A stretch of 61,049 nucleotides of DNA, the filler included. It is 6 parts of 6 records of this genome, joined end to end, with 100 filler letters (N's around TTAATTAATTAA, not from the genome) between each part and the next. Parts side by side here need not be neighbours in the genome. Positions count along the whole stretch, not along the records: positions 6,537 to 15,156 come from DRR378314_1189; positions 15,257 to 22,785 come from DRR378314_1190; 4 more parts are not named here. The stretch is one strand, 5' to 3'. The position numbers and the translations under genes were made by a program. The stretch's first letter is position 1, and each line of letters opens with the position of its first letter. The notes beneath the pieces were generated by a model. That model did no database searches, had not been told where the DNA came from, and saw only the letters and a list, made by a program, of their open reading frames with translations. Shown here one piece after another: positions 8,668-20,148 of the stretch.

Positions 8668-11600
8668 TTAGCGGCGGCGGAGGCGGCGCACCAAAATCTG
8701 TAACGAGAGTTGTGTACTACAGCCTAATGCGGAAGCGCACTGCACGACGACAGCCTTGCCCCCGCGAGCGAGCAGAGGCCGCTGCGCACACACTTCGAGC
8801 AGAACGGCTCACCTCACTACGCGCTCCCGAGCTCGCCTCGTCGCCACGCTCCTCGGCGCTTGGGTTTTGCGGCGCTCCGAGGTTAAATGGCGGGAGGAAA
8901 GAGTTCGCATCGTCCACCGTTTGTTCGTCAAGCGGTGGATGAGAGTTGACCAGCTGCAAGCAGCGAAATGTGCGGGAATGCTTGCGTCAGGCGCCGCCGC
9001 GTCAACTGGAGCCCCGCCAAAGGCTTGCCCTCCGCCGCAGCCAGGAGGCGACCACATTGAGGCATCGCATACAATATAGGAGAACATTCGACACCTCCGC
9101 ACTCCACGGATGCGCCTTCAACTCCTACGAGCACGTGCGAAGCGTGGACTGCACCACGGTGACAACGGGAGGCACACGCACCTTGAGCGGCTCATCGTCT
9201 TCCTCGTCTGATTCGTGCGGTGAGCGCACGGCCGATGCGACGGTGCGCCTGGACTGCAACGCAGGGCTGTCGGGGTACGTTCGAGAACGGATTTCCTCAC
9301 GCTCTTGCTCTGTGTTTGTCCAGGGTGATGGGCCGAGAATCGGAGACGCGACAATGCCCGCGTCCTCTCCGCCAGAGGTCTGGCGCCCAAGCAGCGGATA
9401 GACCGGCACTCCCGAGGCACCGCCCTCGCTCCTGGGCAAGAAAAATAGGCCGGGGGGGGGCAGTGCCGTACGGGAAAAGAGAGAGGGAAGTAAGTACAAC
9501 AGTATTTCCAGGGGAGAGGCGATCCGAACTACCTAGCCGCACCGACAGTGGTCCGAGGTGCTCGCCCCCCCCAAAAAAAGGGCCTACTTCTGGACGCTGC
9601 ACGCACAGGCATGTTGCAATTGCAAATCGTGCAGAGCGCGCAATCCTTTACACGAGTTGGCAGGAGACGCTGGATTCCAAAAACAAAACCATGCGCCTTC
9701 TTGGCGATATAAAGCCGCGCGCGCACGGTCACGGTAGCACCGACTGCGACGCCGACGATCTCGATCGACGGCATAGCGAACTACGACCGACGCGCTTTAA
9801 CCGGAGCAAAACAAGTTCATACAAACGGCCGTAGCACACGTATACAAGAGCATACTCCTCCGCTACGTGGAGAGAAAGCGTCAAACACTGGAATATACCA
9901 CACTGCATCCACACCCTGCCCCCCCCGAAAAAATATCCCTGTGACCCCCGTTGCACAAACGCGACTGGCTACACATAGCAGAACATGAGCACTGGCAAAC
10001 GGAACCACCATGGAAGTAACGGCGCAATGCGCGGGATCTTGCGCCGTCGGACTCTACACCACGCAAAAGCGTGTGCGTGTCACCCCAACGTACTCTTGCG
10101 TAGACCTAGTGCGCGCCAGCCCCGCAATTACTGGCGAGCCTGGCTGGTAGGCGCCGACAGATGAGCGCGAGCTCGTGCGCTCTGGCCTGTCGACGAGGTC
10201 TGCGGCGCCTGCGGCTTCTCCGTTCGACGGATCGTGAGCGCTAACCGCCGGAGCAAGGTGCATGCGTTGCGCGGCGCCTGAAGCCTCCGCCAATTCCATT
10301 TCCGGTGCCTGGGCTGAGGAGCTATCCACTCCAAATTGCGCTGCCGCATGCCCGTAGTATGCTCCCGCTGCGCCCTCCGCAGCTTCGAGCTGGGTTTGCG
10401 GCGCGCTCATGTCTGCACCAGCTGCCATCATTCCAGGTGCGTAAAACACCATTCCTTGCGGATAGGCGCCCGCCGGAGCGGCAGCTGCCCACGCCAGCTC
10501 GCCAGCCGGCATCCCAGGCGCGCCTCCGAGAGCCATGCCGCCAAGCTGGTACCAATCTGCGCCAGCCATTCCCATGGGCGCCATTCCGGATGCGGTCGTC
10601 AGATCCACTTCCGATGGGCTGCCCGCCGCAGGGTCCATCATATCGCTTCCTGCTGCCATCGACGACGGCGCCGATCCCGCAGGACCCATAGGAGTCATAT
10701 ACGCCATACCGCCTGCAGCAGCTGCAGCCGCAGCAGCCGCGGCCATGGCGGGCCCCGTATACACATCCGAGCCGTGCATCGGCGGCGCGTTCCCAATACC
10801 GCGATAGCCTAGGTAGAGGGGCGGCGCCATGCCACCCCTTCCGGCGGCGTACATACCGTGCGTCGCGGAGGCGCCATCGGCGTAGACATGCATCCCGTTG
10901 GCAGCGGCGCCGGCCGGGTTCCCTGCGCCAGCCGCGCCGACGGGCCCAGCTGCGTGCAGTGACTGCGTCGGCCCTTGGCCGTACGGAGCTCCCGGGAAGA
11001 TATGCCCGGCGCCTTGCATCGCCAGCATAGCGGACGACGATGCGCCCGCGGATGTGGAGGATGTTGCGCCAAAGTTTCCACTAGGAGCACCTGGGCCGAA
11101 TCCGTGCATGCCCCGTTGCCGGCCGCCACGGCCGGGTCGCGCGCCCCCGGTGCTCGACTTTGAAAAGCCGACCTTGAGAGGCGCGCCCCCCACGTACTGG
11201 CCATCCATTGCTGCTTGTGCGCGCTGCGCATCAGCCAGCGCAGAAAAGTGCACGAATCCGTACGACTTTTCTGCAAAAACTGCGATATCAGTGACCGTGC
11301 CAAATGAAGAGAACGCTGTTCGCAAGTCCTCCTCGCCGAGACGCTTCGAAGGCCCACCCGACGAGCGCCACCCAACCCAGAGCGCACACGCGCTTGCACC
11401 GCTGCCGGCCGTATGCGCATCGTTCTGCAGGATGCATGCGAGCCCGCGAACGGCAACAGGGCAGAGGGTGAGAGATATTGCATAGACATGTGCTTGCACA
11501 TAGCGAAAAGCAAAGCACAGAAAGGAAGCAGTAGCGAGTAGCGGGAGAATGCGACAGGCGAAGGCAACACAACGTTTTTTTTCTTTTTCGGCATGCTCTC

Positions 11601-14600
11601 TTCTCAGCCAAAAAAGCCAGCCGCTCGATTCCTCGGCAAAGCGCGCACGGCTAACCCTAAATCAGGCTGCCAGACGTAGATTGCCGCAGAAGAGAAGCCC
11701 CGCTTTCAGCAATCGAGTCCGCTGGACAACGCTATACTCTTACTGTCACCGATCAGTTTGCATACCTTGGTGACCGATGGCGGCGGTGCGAGATCCGAAT
11801 AGCCGATTTTCAGAGCAACGCCTTTCAGCATTGACCCGTCCAGCTCTTGGCGAGCGCGCAGAGCTGCAGACTCTTCGGCGAAGTGCACAAACCCATAAGA
11901 TTTGGCGCTAAAGATGGAAACGTCGACAATTTCACCCATGGGAGAAAACAGCTCCAGGAGATCGTCGCGGTCAACCATGGGCGTGGGTGTACCATCAGTA
12001 CCGCGCCAACCGACCCAGATTGGGAATCCACGCAGCGTTTGTCCGCCACGAATCGCAGCATGTCCTGCAAAGCAAGCACACACACACAGCAAAAAAAGCA
12101 GAGTAGCAACCCGCAACGCTGGCATCACTATATATTCCCGCTCACTGTAGGATTCATCCTACAAAGTACAAATCCTGGAACCCGAGTATTAGTCGTGTGC
12201 GCAAGCCCTTTTTCTTCCCTGGCAACATCAGCGACATTGCTCACCCGTGCGGGGCACTGGCGACAGCGCTCGAGCCGTACAGAACACGAACCGGCCGCAA
12301 TGCCACACGCCCTGTCACGCGACAGCGCAACATGCAGCCCATTTAGAACAGACAATCCCGTTGTGGGCGTCGACCGGTATCTACCCATTGGATCAATGGC
12401 TACAACTGACATTATTGTATTGCATGCAATCCTTACAAGGTAAGCGCGGTATCCTCTCCTGCAAGAAGGACGGGCTCACGGAGAATGCTCCAGCAGCAGT
12501 AGCGGCTCCAGCCATGCACACATGCTGGCCGCGATCAGCTATCTAGGTGCCGCGGGCGGCAGTGGCCGCGGACACGCTGTAGCGCGATGAGAATGTCCGC
12601 AGCAGCAAACCCGCAGGAAAAAAATATAGGGTTAGCGAATAAACATACCATGGCGCTCAACCCCTTGCAGGGTTACCGGGGGGGAGGAGTCGGAGAAGCC
12701 CACCTTGATCACCTCTCCGCACATCTCTTTGCCGTCTGCATTTTTGCGAGCAGCGACTGCCTCGTCCTCCGAGGCAAAATGGACAAACGCGAAAAACTTT
12801 TCCGCAAAGATCGTTACTGCAGTCGAGTGAAGACAAAATTGGAGAGCACACACCCGAGTATAAGTCGACCACCGCATGTTTAGAACAGCGACGGACGCTC
12901 TATCGTTCGTAGAAATGTACGTGTCCCTGATCGCCGCCGTCGCAAGCGATGCTAGGATCCTGTTCCCCGGCACAGGTTGCCCAACGACGCGGCAGCCGTG
13001 CGCAATCGCGGTACCAAGCCACGGAACGCACCATCAATAATCGTTCCGAATTGTGAGAAAAACGCATGGATATCTGCTTCGGTGACGCGAGGCGTTTCCC
13101 CAGCGGTAATGCGCTCCGGTGGTGGTCTCCAACCGACCCATACGGGGCACCCGGGCCCCCGCGCGCGCGACACGGGGTGGCGCCCGTCGGGCCGAAGTCC
13201 TCCACGCAGCGCTTCCATCGACGACGGCGGGAAGCTTCGCGAGAAGCCGACCTTGACAGGCACTCCACAAATCTGTGCACATGTACATAGACACACAGAA
13301 CAATGAAGGCCGTGACGTGCGAGCCATGAGCTGGCGCAACGAATAGCAAGGCCAACAGGTTGCCGGCCCGCCTTGCGCGCGACCCGACGGGGTTGTGGGG
13401 ACAGCGCGAGCTGCGGCCAACGAGCAGCCATAGCGATCGCTACAATCCCCTCTCCACTGCGGCGTGCTTTGATGGAGACAGCTAGATGCATGGAGAATCC
13501 GTTCTATTGCAGCACGGTGATCAACTCAAATACAGAGCTGCGACGCTCCCTGGCGCACCGTTTGGCCGTCCATTTGGCGCTGTGCTTCCACAGCCTCGTC
13601 CTCGTTCGAAAAGTGCACAAACGCATACAGCCTGACACGAAGCAGCGCAAAAAAAAGAGAGAAAACAAGGGCAAGCACGAAGCCCGCGCGCACTTAGAGC
13701 TACGGCAGGCTGCATACCACGCCACACCTCTACCGCACGCACCCTTGCAATGCGCAGCAAACACCAAGGCACAAACGAGCACACGGAAAACAAGGCAAAA
13801 AATGTCGATAGCCATTTCCACCGTTGCGACCAGACAAAAGAGACGCCCGCCTGTAGCAGGCTATATTACAAAGGGGTTAGCGGTGGGAAGAAAACAAAGC
13901 GATACGTGGGGCCATTGCTCGTGCCTCCCCAAAGCCTCACACCATCTGGCCCGGCAGATACCATGACACCAGAACAAATGTGTGATATTCTGGGAAAGAA
14001 ATACAAACAGGCACTGCAATCAAGCACCTGACCAAGACAGGAACGGCAGTCGGCAAGGGCTGGGTGCGCAGCGTATGCGGCAAACGTTGCAATCAAACGG
14101 TACTGGACCCTGTTCGAGCAGCGTTGCACGTACGCTTGTGAGAACACAGTTACACCGTGGACCGTCCCAAATTGCTTGAAGGTATCGCAGAGCACATCCT
14201 TTGTGATCTGATCCGCGCCTTCGGGCGCAGCAATGCGACGCTCCTGCTCACTCCATGCCCCCCATCCGACCCAAACCGCATAAGCGCTTGCCGCTCCAGA
14301 CATCGGCGGCGCTGCATGCATCATCGGAGGAATCCCCATCGCCATTGGCGGCATTCCAACCATGGCAGCCTGCTGAAACTGCGCGACGGAGAATCAGGGG
14401 TAGCCAAAATCACAAAAGTTGTTTTGTCAGAGGATCTTGTGCAGCAGCAGGTGCCCAGGCTCCGCGGGCGGAAAGGGGGCGAGCGCTTCGGTACCGAGGA
14501 TTAGGGCCAACGCAACGAGCGCGCGAAACTGCCCCGTTTCTCGTATCTCGCTGCACTGGGGTGGGTTTCGGAAGTTGCCTGGCTTTGCAGACCGGCCAAC

Positions 14601-14863
14601 CTTTGTAGACGCCGCCCCAATACCGACGCGTACAAATATCACCAAAACACACGTACAGATGATAACGTGCACAAAAGCCGTGGGATCCTAAGGCAGCTCG
14701 GGTTCCTCGCGACAAGGAAGCGTACCTGCGCACTGTCGACCATGAAAACGCCATGAGGCGCCATCTTCGCCATTCCGTCCTCCATGCCAAAAACGTCCAT
14801 CATAGCCATTCCCTCTGTGACATTGTTGACACCCTCATCAGCATAATTCTGTGCATCTTCGTC
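8668..14863 (-). CDS. Multi-exon RNA-binding protein with four RRMs and a long Gly/Ala/Met/Pro-rich C-terminus; 5' end unresolved
   Basis: Four repeats of (V/I/L)WVGW...F..FG.(V/I)..(V/I)..F...(Y/F)(A/G)FVHF...DG.......K(V/I)G(F/Y)S. A phase-compatible intron 10093-9432 joins terminal exons 9431-9182, 8953-8813 and 8697-8668 (TAA). Confidence 0.82.
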
Positions 14864-15130
14864 CTGTTTAATATTACGCACGCTTCAGGCGCTGGCGTGA
14901 GCATGCGCTGTGCGCGAAAATTTCTTGCACAACTAAAAAGCGCGCAGTGCTGTCCACCCTCGCCACTGCGTGCCAGGTCGCGCGACGTCGCTCGTCAGTC
15001 GTTGTGCTTCCTGCTTTTCCCGCAGCAGCGAGACATCCTTCTCCCAGTGAATACAGTACTATATTCGAGCTCGTCGTAACCCATTCATCAAGGAAATTTC
15101 TTTGGCGCGCAGATCAGGAGCGCAATCGTG

Positions 15131-15156
15131 GAGAGAGAGAGAGAGAGAGAGAGAGA
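15131..15156. repeat. (GA)13 microsatellite at contig end
   Basis: Direct reading. Confidence 0.95.
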
Positions 15157-15256
15157 NNNNNNNNNNNNNNNNNNNNNNNNNNNNNNNNNNNNNNNNNNNN
15201 TTAATTAATTAANNNNNNNNNNNNNNNNNNNNNNNNNNNNNNNNNNNNNNNNNNNN
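15157..15256. other. Artificial contig spacer
   Basis: 44 N + TTAATTAATTAA + 44 N. Confidence 0.99.
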
Positions 15257-15790
15257 ATCACCGCCCATGGCTGGGGCAAGGACGGGTTGCGCCCGGAGGA
15301 TTTCGAGAGCCTTGAGCAAACTGGTGCGCATATTTCCGACACGGAACGCCGGTCAATGGTGGCGGAACGCGACACAACAGATCGCTATCTTGCCTCTTAC
15401 CTATCTGAACGTGTGGGCAACGAGTTTACTGGCCGGATCAGTGGCATCGCGCGGTTTGGCGTGTTTGTGAAACTTGATGAAACCGGTGCTGACGGGCTGC
15501 TGCCGATGCGGGCCTTGGGGCGCGAATACTTCCATCACGATGCGGAAACCCAGACCCTGCGCGGTTCTGACACTGGGATGGTCATCAGCCTTGGTCAGCG
15601 AGTCAAAGTGCGCCTGGCAGAAGCGGTGCCGGTCACTGGCGGCATATCGCTCGAACTGCTTGAACTTGAAGATCAGAAAATCAAGCAGGGCAGCCGTTCA
15701 CCGGCAGGGCGCAACCCCCGCCGGAAATCCCATAAGGCCAAGCGCAAGAAGGATAAGATCAAGCGCAAAGTGTCGCGGACGCGGCGCTGA
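15257..15790 (+). CDS. rnr: Ribonuclease R, C-terminal fragment (end of RNB domain, S1 domain, basic tail)
   Basis: HISDTERRSMVAERDTTDRY, FTGRISGIARFGVFVKL..GADGLL, LGQRVKVRL and a Lys/Arg-rich tail. Confidence 0.92.
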   Translation: MTAHGWGKDGLRPEDFESLEQTGAHISDTERRSMVAERDTTDRYLASYLSERVGNEFTGRISGIARFGVFVKLDETGADGLLPMRALGREYFHHDAETQTLRGSDTGMVISLGQRVKVRLAEAVPVTGGISLELLELEDQKIKQGSRSPAGRNPRRKSHKAKRKKDKIKRKVSRTRR

Positions 15791-16487
15791 CCGGCTGGTT
15801 CAGCGCGTCGCTTGCGCGGTCGATATAGCGGCACAGGATCTCATCCTCGGCGATCCGCATTTTCATCAGGGTTTTACCCGGTGTTGCGCGCATATTGGCC
15901 AGCATTGCCGCAACGGATGCATCTGCCGCTGTTGGCCTGTCTCCGAACAGAAACGGCCCATGCCAGAGCCGCGTGGTGATTGCCTGCAAATCGGCCTCCA
16001 GCCGGTCCAGACGTTCCTGCGGCGTGAACCGCCCCAAGCCCTGCGCATGCATGCCGCGCATCAGTGTCTTGCGCAGTTTATTGGTGATCATCCCGCGCAG
16101 CAGTTTGGGGATGGCAGCGAAATAGGTGTCGCGGATGATGGGCCAGACGTCATCATCCCCCCAACGGTCCATGACAACGTGAAAATACATGTGTTCCTCG
16201 GCCATTCGGATAAACGCACGCGAGGTGGATTTTTCCATGTCCGACAATCCCGCGTCAAAATCAGCACCCTGTGATTCCAGATAGCTGCGAATGTTCTCGC
16301 TGTCAGGGATGATTTGATCGTTCACACGGATTGCTGGCAGCTTTTGCTTGGGCATGCTGCGCGGATCAGCGGTATCTTCGCGGGTCCAGGCGAGACCCGA
16401 CATATTGAGCAACCAGATCGCTTTAATGCAGAACGGGCTGGCGGCAGGTTGCCCAAAGGATGGGGCGAAAGTGATAAGGGTGATCAT
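15759..16487 (-). CDS. Glutathione S-transferase family protein (metaxin/FAX-like)
   Basis: SPFCIK, PKQKLPAI, IPDSENI and FLFGDRPTAADASV. Start at ATG 16487; 32-nt convergent overlap with rnr. Confidence 0.88.
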   Translation of the reverse strand: MITLITFAPSFGQPAASPFCIKAIWLLNMSGLAWTREDTADPRSMPKQKLPAIRVNDQIIPDSENIRSYLESQGADFDAGLSDMEKSTSRAFIRMAEEHMYFHVVMDRWGDDDVWPIIRDTYFAAIPKLLRGMITNKLRKTLMRGMHAQGLGRFTPQERLDRLEADLQAITTRLWHGPFLFGDRPTAADASVAAMLANMRATPGKTLMKMRIAEDEILCRYIDRASDALNQPVSAASATLCA

Positions 16488-16513
16488 TTTTTTTCCTTGC
16501 TTTGTGTTGGCCC

Positions 16514-16565
16514 GTTCTAGCATCCGATGCTGTCAATTTCTGTCAGCATAGGGTATGATCATCAC
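16514..16565. promoter_or_regulatory. Divergent promoter with an inverted-repeat operator for the WYL regulator
   Basis: ATGCTGTCA-ATTTC-TGTCAGCAT (16527-16549, one mismatch); -10-like TATGAT (16554-16559, +) and TAGAAC (16519-16514, -). Confidence 0.6.
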
Positions 16566-17282
16566 ATGACCCGAACCCACCGTCTGTTCCAATTGATGAC
16601 AACCCTGCGCCGGCTGCCCGCACCGGTCCGGGCGACACAGCTGGCGGATGAAATGGGCACGTCCTTGCGCACGGTCTACCGCGACATTGATGCGCTGCGC
16701 GGCCTGGGTGCGGTGATTGATGGCGAAGCGGGCTTTGGCTACACCTTGATTGAAGATGCCGCATTGCCGCCTTTGGGGTTTGAGGATGACGAGCTTGAGG
16801 CATTGGTGCTGGGGCTGCGCGATGTGACAGTGATTGGTGATCCGGCGCTGGCGAAAGCGGCCAAAACGGCGCTGGCCAAGATCACCGCACGGGTGCCGCC
16901 GCGACAGGCGCATCGTTTGCAACACGCCATTCTGGACGCCCGCCGCTTTGTGCGACCTGACCCACCGCGCATTGATGTGGCTGATTTACGTGCCGCGACT
17001 TGGGAAGAGGAAACCGTGCGTTTCGCCTATACGGATGGTGCTGGCGTGGCGACCACGCGGGAGGTTGATCCGCTGGGGCTGGTTTATTTTCAGGACACGA
17101 ACATGTTGATGGCATGGTGCCATTTGCGTCGTGATTTCAGGGTGTTCCGCTTGGACCGGATGGATGACCTTTTGCGGACTGGGCAAAGTTTCAGGCCGCG
17201 CCGTGTGCCGCTGTTGCGGGAATACACAGAGATATTGCGGGCCGAAGCATTGGCGCGAGCGGAACGTCGCGCGGAGCGCTGA
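16566..17282 (+). CDS. YafY-family HTH-WYL transcriptional regulator
   Basis: wHTH (QLADEMGTSLRTVYRDIDALR..GAVIDGEAGFGY) plus WYL domain (TTREVDPLGL...LMAWCHLRRDFRVFRLDRM). Short form with no obvious WCX extension. Confidence 0.92.
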   Translation: MTRTHRLFQLMTTLRRLPAPVRATQLADEMGTSLRTVYRDIDALRGLGAVIDGEAGFGYTLIEDAALPPLGFEDDELEALVLGLRDVTVIGDPALAKAAKTALAKITARVPPRQAHRLQHAILDARRFVRPDPPRIDVADLRAATWEEETVRFAYTDGAGVATTREVDPLGLVYFQDTNMLMAWCHLRRDFRVFRLDRMDDLLRTGQSFRPRRVPLLREYTEILRAEALARAERRAER

Positions 17283-17350
17283 ATGGGGTTTTGCGAATAA
17301 AGCGGGCAAGCTAGGCTGCACGGGAGCAGTAACTCCAAATAGGTGGAAAT

Positions 17351-18607
17351 ATGTATCGTTGTGCGATGTTGGCATTGGTCGCCGTTTTTCTGGCCGCGCC
17401 AGTTTGGGCCATCGGGCCGGAAACCTCAATCAGACCGGCGGAACGTCAGGCAGAGAAGGGCCAAGTATCCCTTTCGCAAACGGATGCTGGTCTGGCAGAA
17501 TGGCTGGTCGGGTTTCGCGCCCGAGCTTTGGAGCAGGGCATCCATGCGGCGACATTTGATGCGGCACTTGAGGGGGTTTCATATGACCCGGCGATCATCA
17601 AACGCGACCGTAATCAGGCAGAGTTTACCAAGGCGATCTGGGACTATCTGGACACGGCTGTGTCCGATTTGCGGATTGAAAGCGGACGCAAGGTGCTTGG
17701 CACATGGCACGACACCTTGAGCCGGATCGAAGCGCAATATGGCGTGGAGAAAGAAGTGATTGTTGCAATCTGGGGTCTGGAAAGCGCGTTCGGTACGTTT
17801 CGCGGAAATGCCCCGGTGATCAACGGGCTGGCGACATTGGCCTATGATGCGCGGCGGGCTGAGTTCTTTGAAGGTGAATTGATTCACGCACTGCGCATCT
17901 TGCAAGAGGGCGATACCACATTGGCGCAGATGCGGGGCAGTTGGGCGGGTGCGATGGGGCATACGCAATTCATGCCTTCGTCTTTTGCCGCCCATGCGGT
18001 GGATTTTGACGGCGATGGAAAACGCAACATCTGGGAGGATGATCCACGGGACGCCTTGGCCTCGACCGGGGCCTATCTGAAACATTTTGGCTGGATCAAA
18101 GGGCAACCCTGGGGCGTTGAAGTGCGTTTGCCAGCAGGATTTGACCATACGCTCGCAGATCGCGATATCACCAAACTGCCCGGTAATTGGGGACAGATGG
18201 GGATTGTGCCGGTGACAGGTAGGTTAAATGATGATGACGGCCCTGCCTCGATCCTGTTGCCCGGAGGGGCAGAGGGGGCGGCATTTATGATTTTTGCAAA
18301 TTTCGCGGTGCTTGAGAAATACAATACCGCTGATGCTTATGTGATGGGCGTGGGGCATCTAAGCGACCGTATTAAGGGGGGCAAAGCCATTGAACACAGC
18401 TGGCCGCGTCACTTGCGGGCGCTGAGCAAACCCGAGCGGATCGAGTTGCAGGAGCGGCTGACCGCAGCAGGGTTTGATACGGTCAAGATTGACGCCAAGA
18501 TGGGGCCGCTGACGATCAATGCGGTGCGCAGATTTCAGAAAGCCAAGGGGCTGGTGCCCGATGGCTTTCCGTCGCTTTCAATATTGGATCGCCTGCGCGC
18601 ATTGTAG
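17351..18607 (+). CDS. Lytic murein transglycosylase (MltB/SLT_2) with C-terminal peptidoglycan-binding domain
   Basis: Signal peptide; AIWGLESAFG (catalytic Glu), GSWAGAMGHTQFMPS, DFDGDGKRNIW; C-terminal ELQERL..AGFD...D..MGP.T..AVRRFQ. Confidence 0.93.
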   Translation: MYRCAMLALVAVFLAAPVWAIGPETSIRPAERQAEKGQVSLSQTDAGLAEWLVGFRARALEQGIHAATFDAALEGVSYDPAIIKRDRNQAEFTKAIWDYLDTAVSDLRIESGRKVLGTWHDTLSRIEAQYGVEKEVIVAIWGLESAFGTFRGNAPVINGLATLAYDARRAEFFEGELIHALRILQEGDTTLAQMRGSWAGAMGHTQFMPSSFAAHAVDFDGDGKRNIWEDDPRDALASTGAYLKHFGWIKGQPWGVEVRLPAGFDHTLADRDITKLPGNWGQMGIVPVTGRLNDDDGPASILLPGGAEGAAFMIFANFAVLEKYNTADAYVMGVGHLSDRIKGGKAIEHSWPRHLRALSKPERIELQERLTAAGFDTVKIDAKMGPLTINAVRRFQKAKGLVPDGFPSLSILDRLRAL

Positions 18608-18667
18608 GGCGGGGTTGATCCCGCCGCAGGCAACCGACACGTTTAATAAGCCGGGGCTAGCCCCACC

Positions 18668-20065
18668 CTATGACGCGGCTTTCAGCATATCCTTGTCCTT
18701 AAGATCCTTATAGGTCGCATCCAGCGCCAGTTTGGCGCGTTGGGCAAAGATATCGATCTCTTCCGGGGTAATAACGAGGGGAGGGGAAATGATCATCCGG
18801 TCGCCCACATGGCGCATCACCAGATTATTGGCAAAGCAATGCTCGCGGCACATATAGCCGACAGTGCCCCCATCGGAGGCAAATTTCGCACGGCTTTCTT
18901 TATGTGGGGTCAGGGGCAGCGATGCCATCAAACCGGAAACATTCACGCCGCCAACCAGCGGGTGTTCGCCCAGATCGGTCAAGGCAGCATGCAACGCGGG
19001 CATGGCAACATTTCGGATATGTGACAGCATATCTTCTTCTTGCATGATCCGCAGATTTTCCATCGCCACAGCAGCACAGACCGGATGGCCGGAATACGTG
19101 TACCCGTGGTTGAATTCACAGGCGTTGATCACCTCAGCAATCTCATCAGAGACAATCGACCCACCAATCGGTGCATAGCCGGAGGACAGCCCTTTGGCGA
19201 TGGTCATGATGTCGGGCTGGATGCCCATTGTTTCGGAACCAAACCAATTGCCGGTCCGGCCAAAGCCGCAGATCACTTCGTCCGCGATCAGCAAGACATT
19301 GTATTTCTTACAGATACGCTGGATTTCGGGCCAATAGGTAGCGGGCGGAATGACCACCCCGCCAGCGCCCTGCACCGGCTCCCCAATAAAGGCGGCAACC
19401 TTTTCTTCACCGAGTTCCAGAATTTTCGCCTCGAGCTCCTGTGCGCGGGCAAGGCCAAATGCCTCTGGTGTCTGATCGCCCCCTTCGGACCACCAATCCG
19501 GCTGTCCGATGTGGTGGATGCCCGGGATCGGCATGCCGCCTTGTTCGTGGATATAAGTCATGCCACCCAACGAGCCGGAGCCGACGGAAGAGCCGTGATA
19601 GGCATTCTTGCGACTGATGATATGGGACTTTTCCGGCTGGCCTTTTTCGGCCCAATAGGTGCGCACCATGCGCAGGTTCGTGTCGTTTGCCTCTGACCCC
19701 GATCCTGCAAAGAAGACGTGGTTCAGATTGCCCGGCGCGAGTTTGGCCAATTCTGCAGCCAATGCGATGGCTGGCACGTGGCTGGTTTGGAAAAACGTGT
19801 TGTAATAAGGCAGTTCATTCATCTGGCGCATTGCGACCTGCCCCATTTCAGGGCGGCCATAGCCAAGGTTCACACACCACAGGCCGGCCATGGCATCCAG
19901 AATTTCGTTACCTTCGCTGTCTGTCAGGTAAACGCCTTTGGCACGGGTAATGATACGCGCGCCCTTGGAGGCCAATTCATCACCGGTCGTGAAAGGGTGC
20001 ATATGATGCGCGGCATCAAGTGCTTGCAACTCGGTGGTGGGCAGATGGTTGGTGACTGAGGACAT
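18668..20065 (-). CDS. Class III PLP aminotransferase (SpuC-like putrescine/polyamine:pyruvate)
   Basis: LDAMAGLWCVNLGYGR, GSGSEAND, EPVQGAGG, DEVICGFGRTG, IAKGLSSGY (PLP Lys) and HGYTYSGHP; polyamine ABC context. Start at ATG 20065. Confidence 0.9.
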   Translation of the reverse strand: MSSVTNHLPTTELQALDAAHHMHPFTTGDELASKGARIITRAKGVYLTDSEGNEILDAMAGLWCVNLGYGRPEMGQVAMRQMNELPYYNTFFQTSHVPAIALAAELAKLAPGNLNHVFFAGSGSEANDTNLRMVRTYWAEKGQPEKSHIISRKNAYHGSSVGSGSLGGMTYIHEQGGMPIPGIHHIGQPDWWSEGGDQTPEAFGLARAQELEAKILELGEEKVAAFIGEPVQGAGGVVIPPATYWPEIQRICKKYNVLLIADEVICGFGRTGNWFGSETMGIQPDIMTIAKGLSSGYAPIGGSIVSDEIAEVINACEFNHGYTYSGHPVCAAVAMENLRIMQEEDMLSHIRNVAMPALHAALTDLGEHPLVGGVNVSGLMASLPLTPHKESRAKFASDGGTVGYMCREHCFANNLVMRHVGDRMIISPPLVITPEEIDIFAQRAKLALDATYKDLKDKDMLKAAS

Positions 20066-20106
20066 GTGGATCGACCTTTGCGGAGGGAAAAACAATTGCA
20101 GGGCAG

Positions 20107-20120
20107 AATATGATCAAATT
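20107..20120. promoter_or_regulatory. Putative GntR operator upstream of the aminotransferase
   Basis: AATATGATCAAATT, 13/14 match to the palindrome AATTTGATCAAATT. Confidence 0.6.
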
Positions 20121-20148
20121 ATGCAAAGTCAATCGCTCAGACAAAGAA

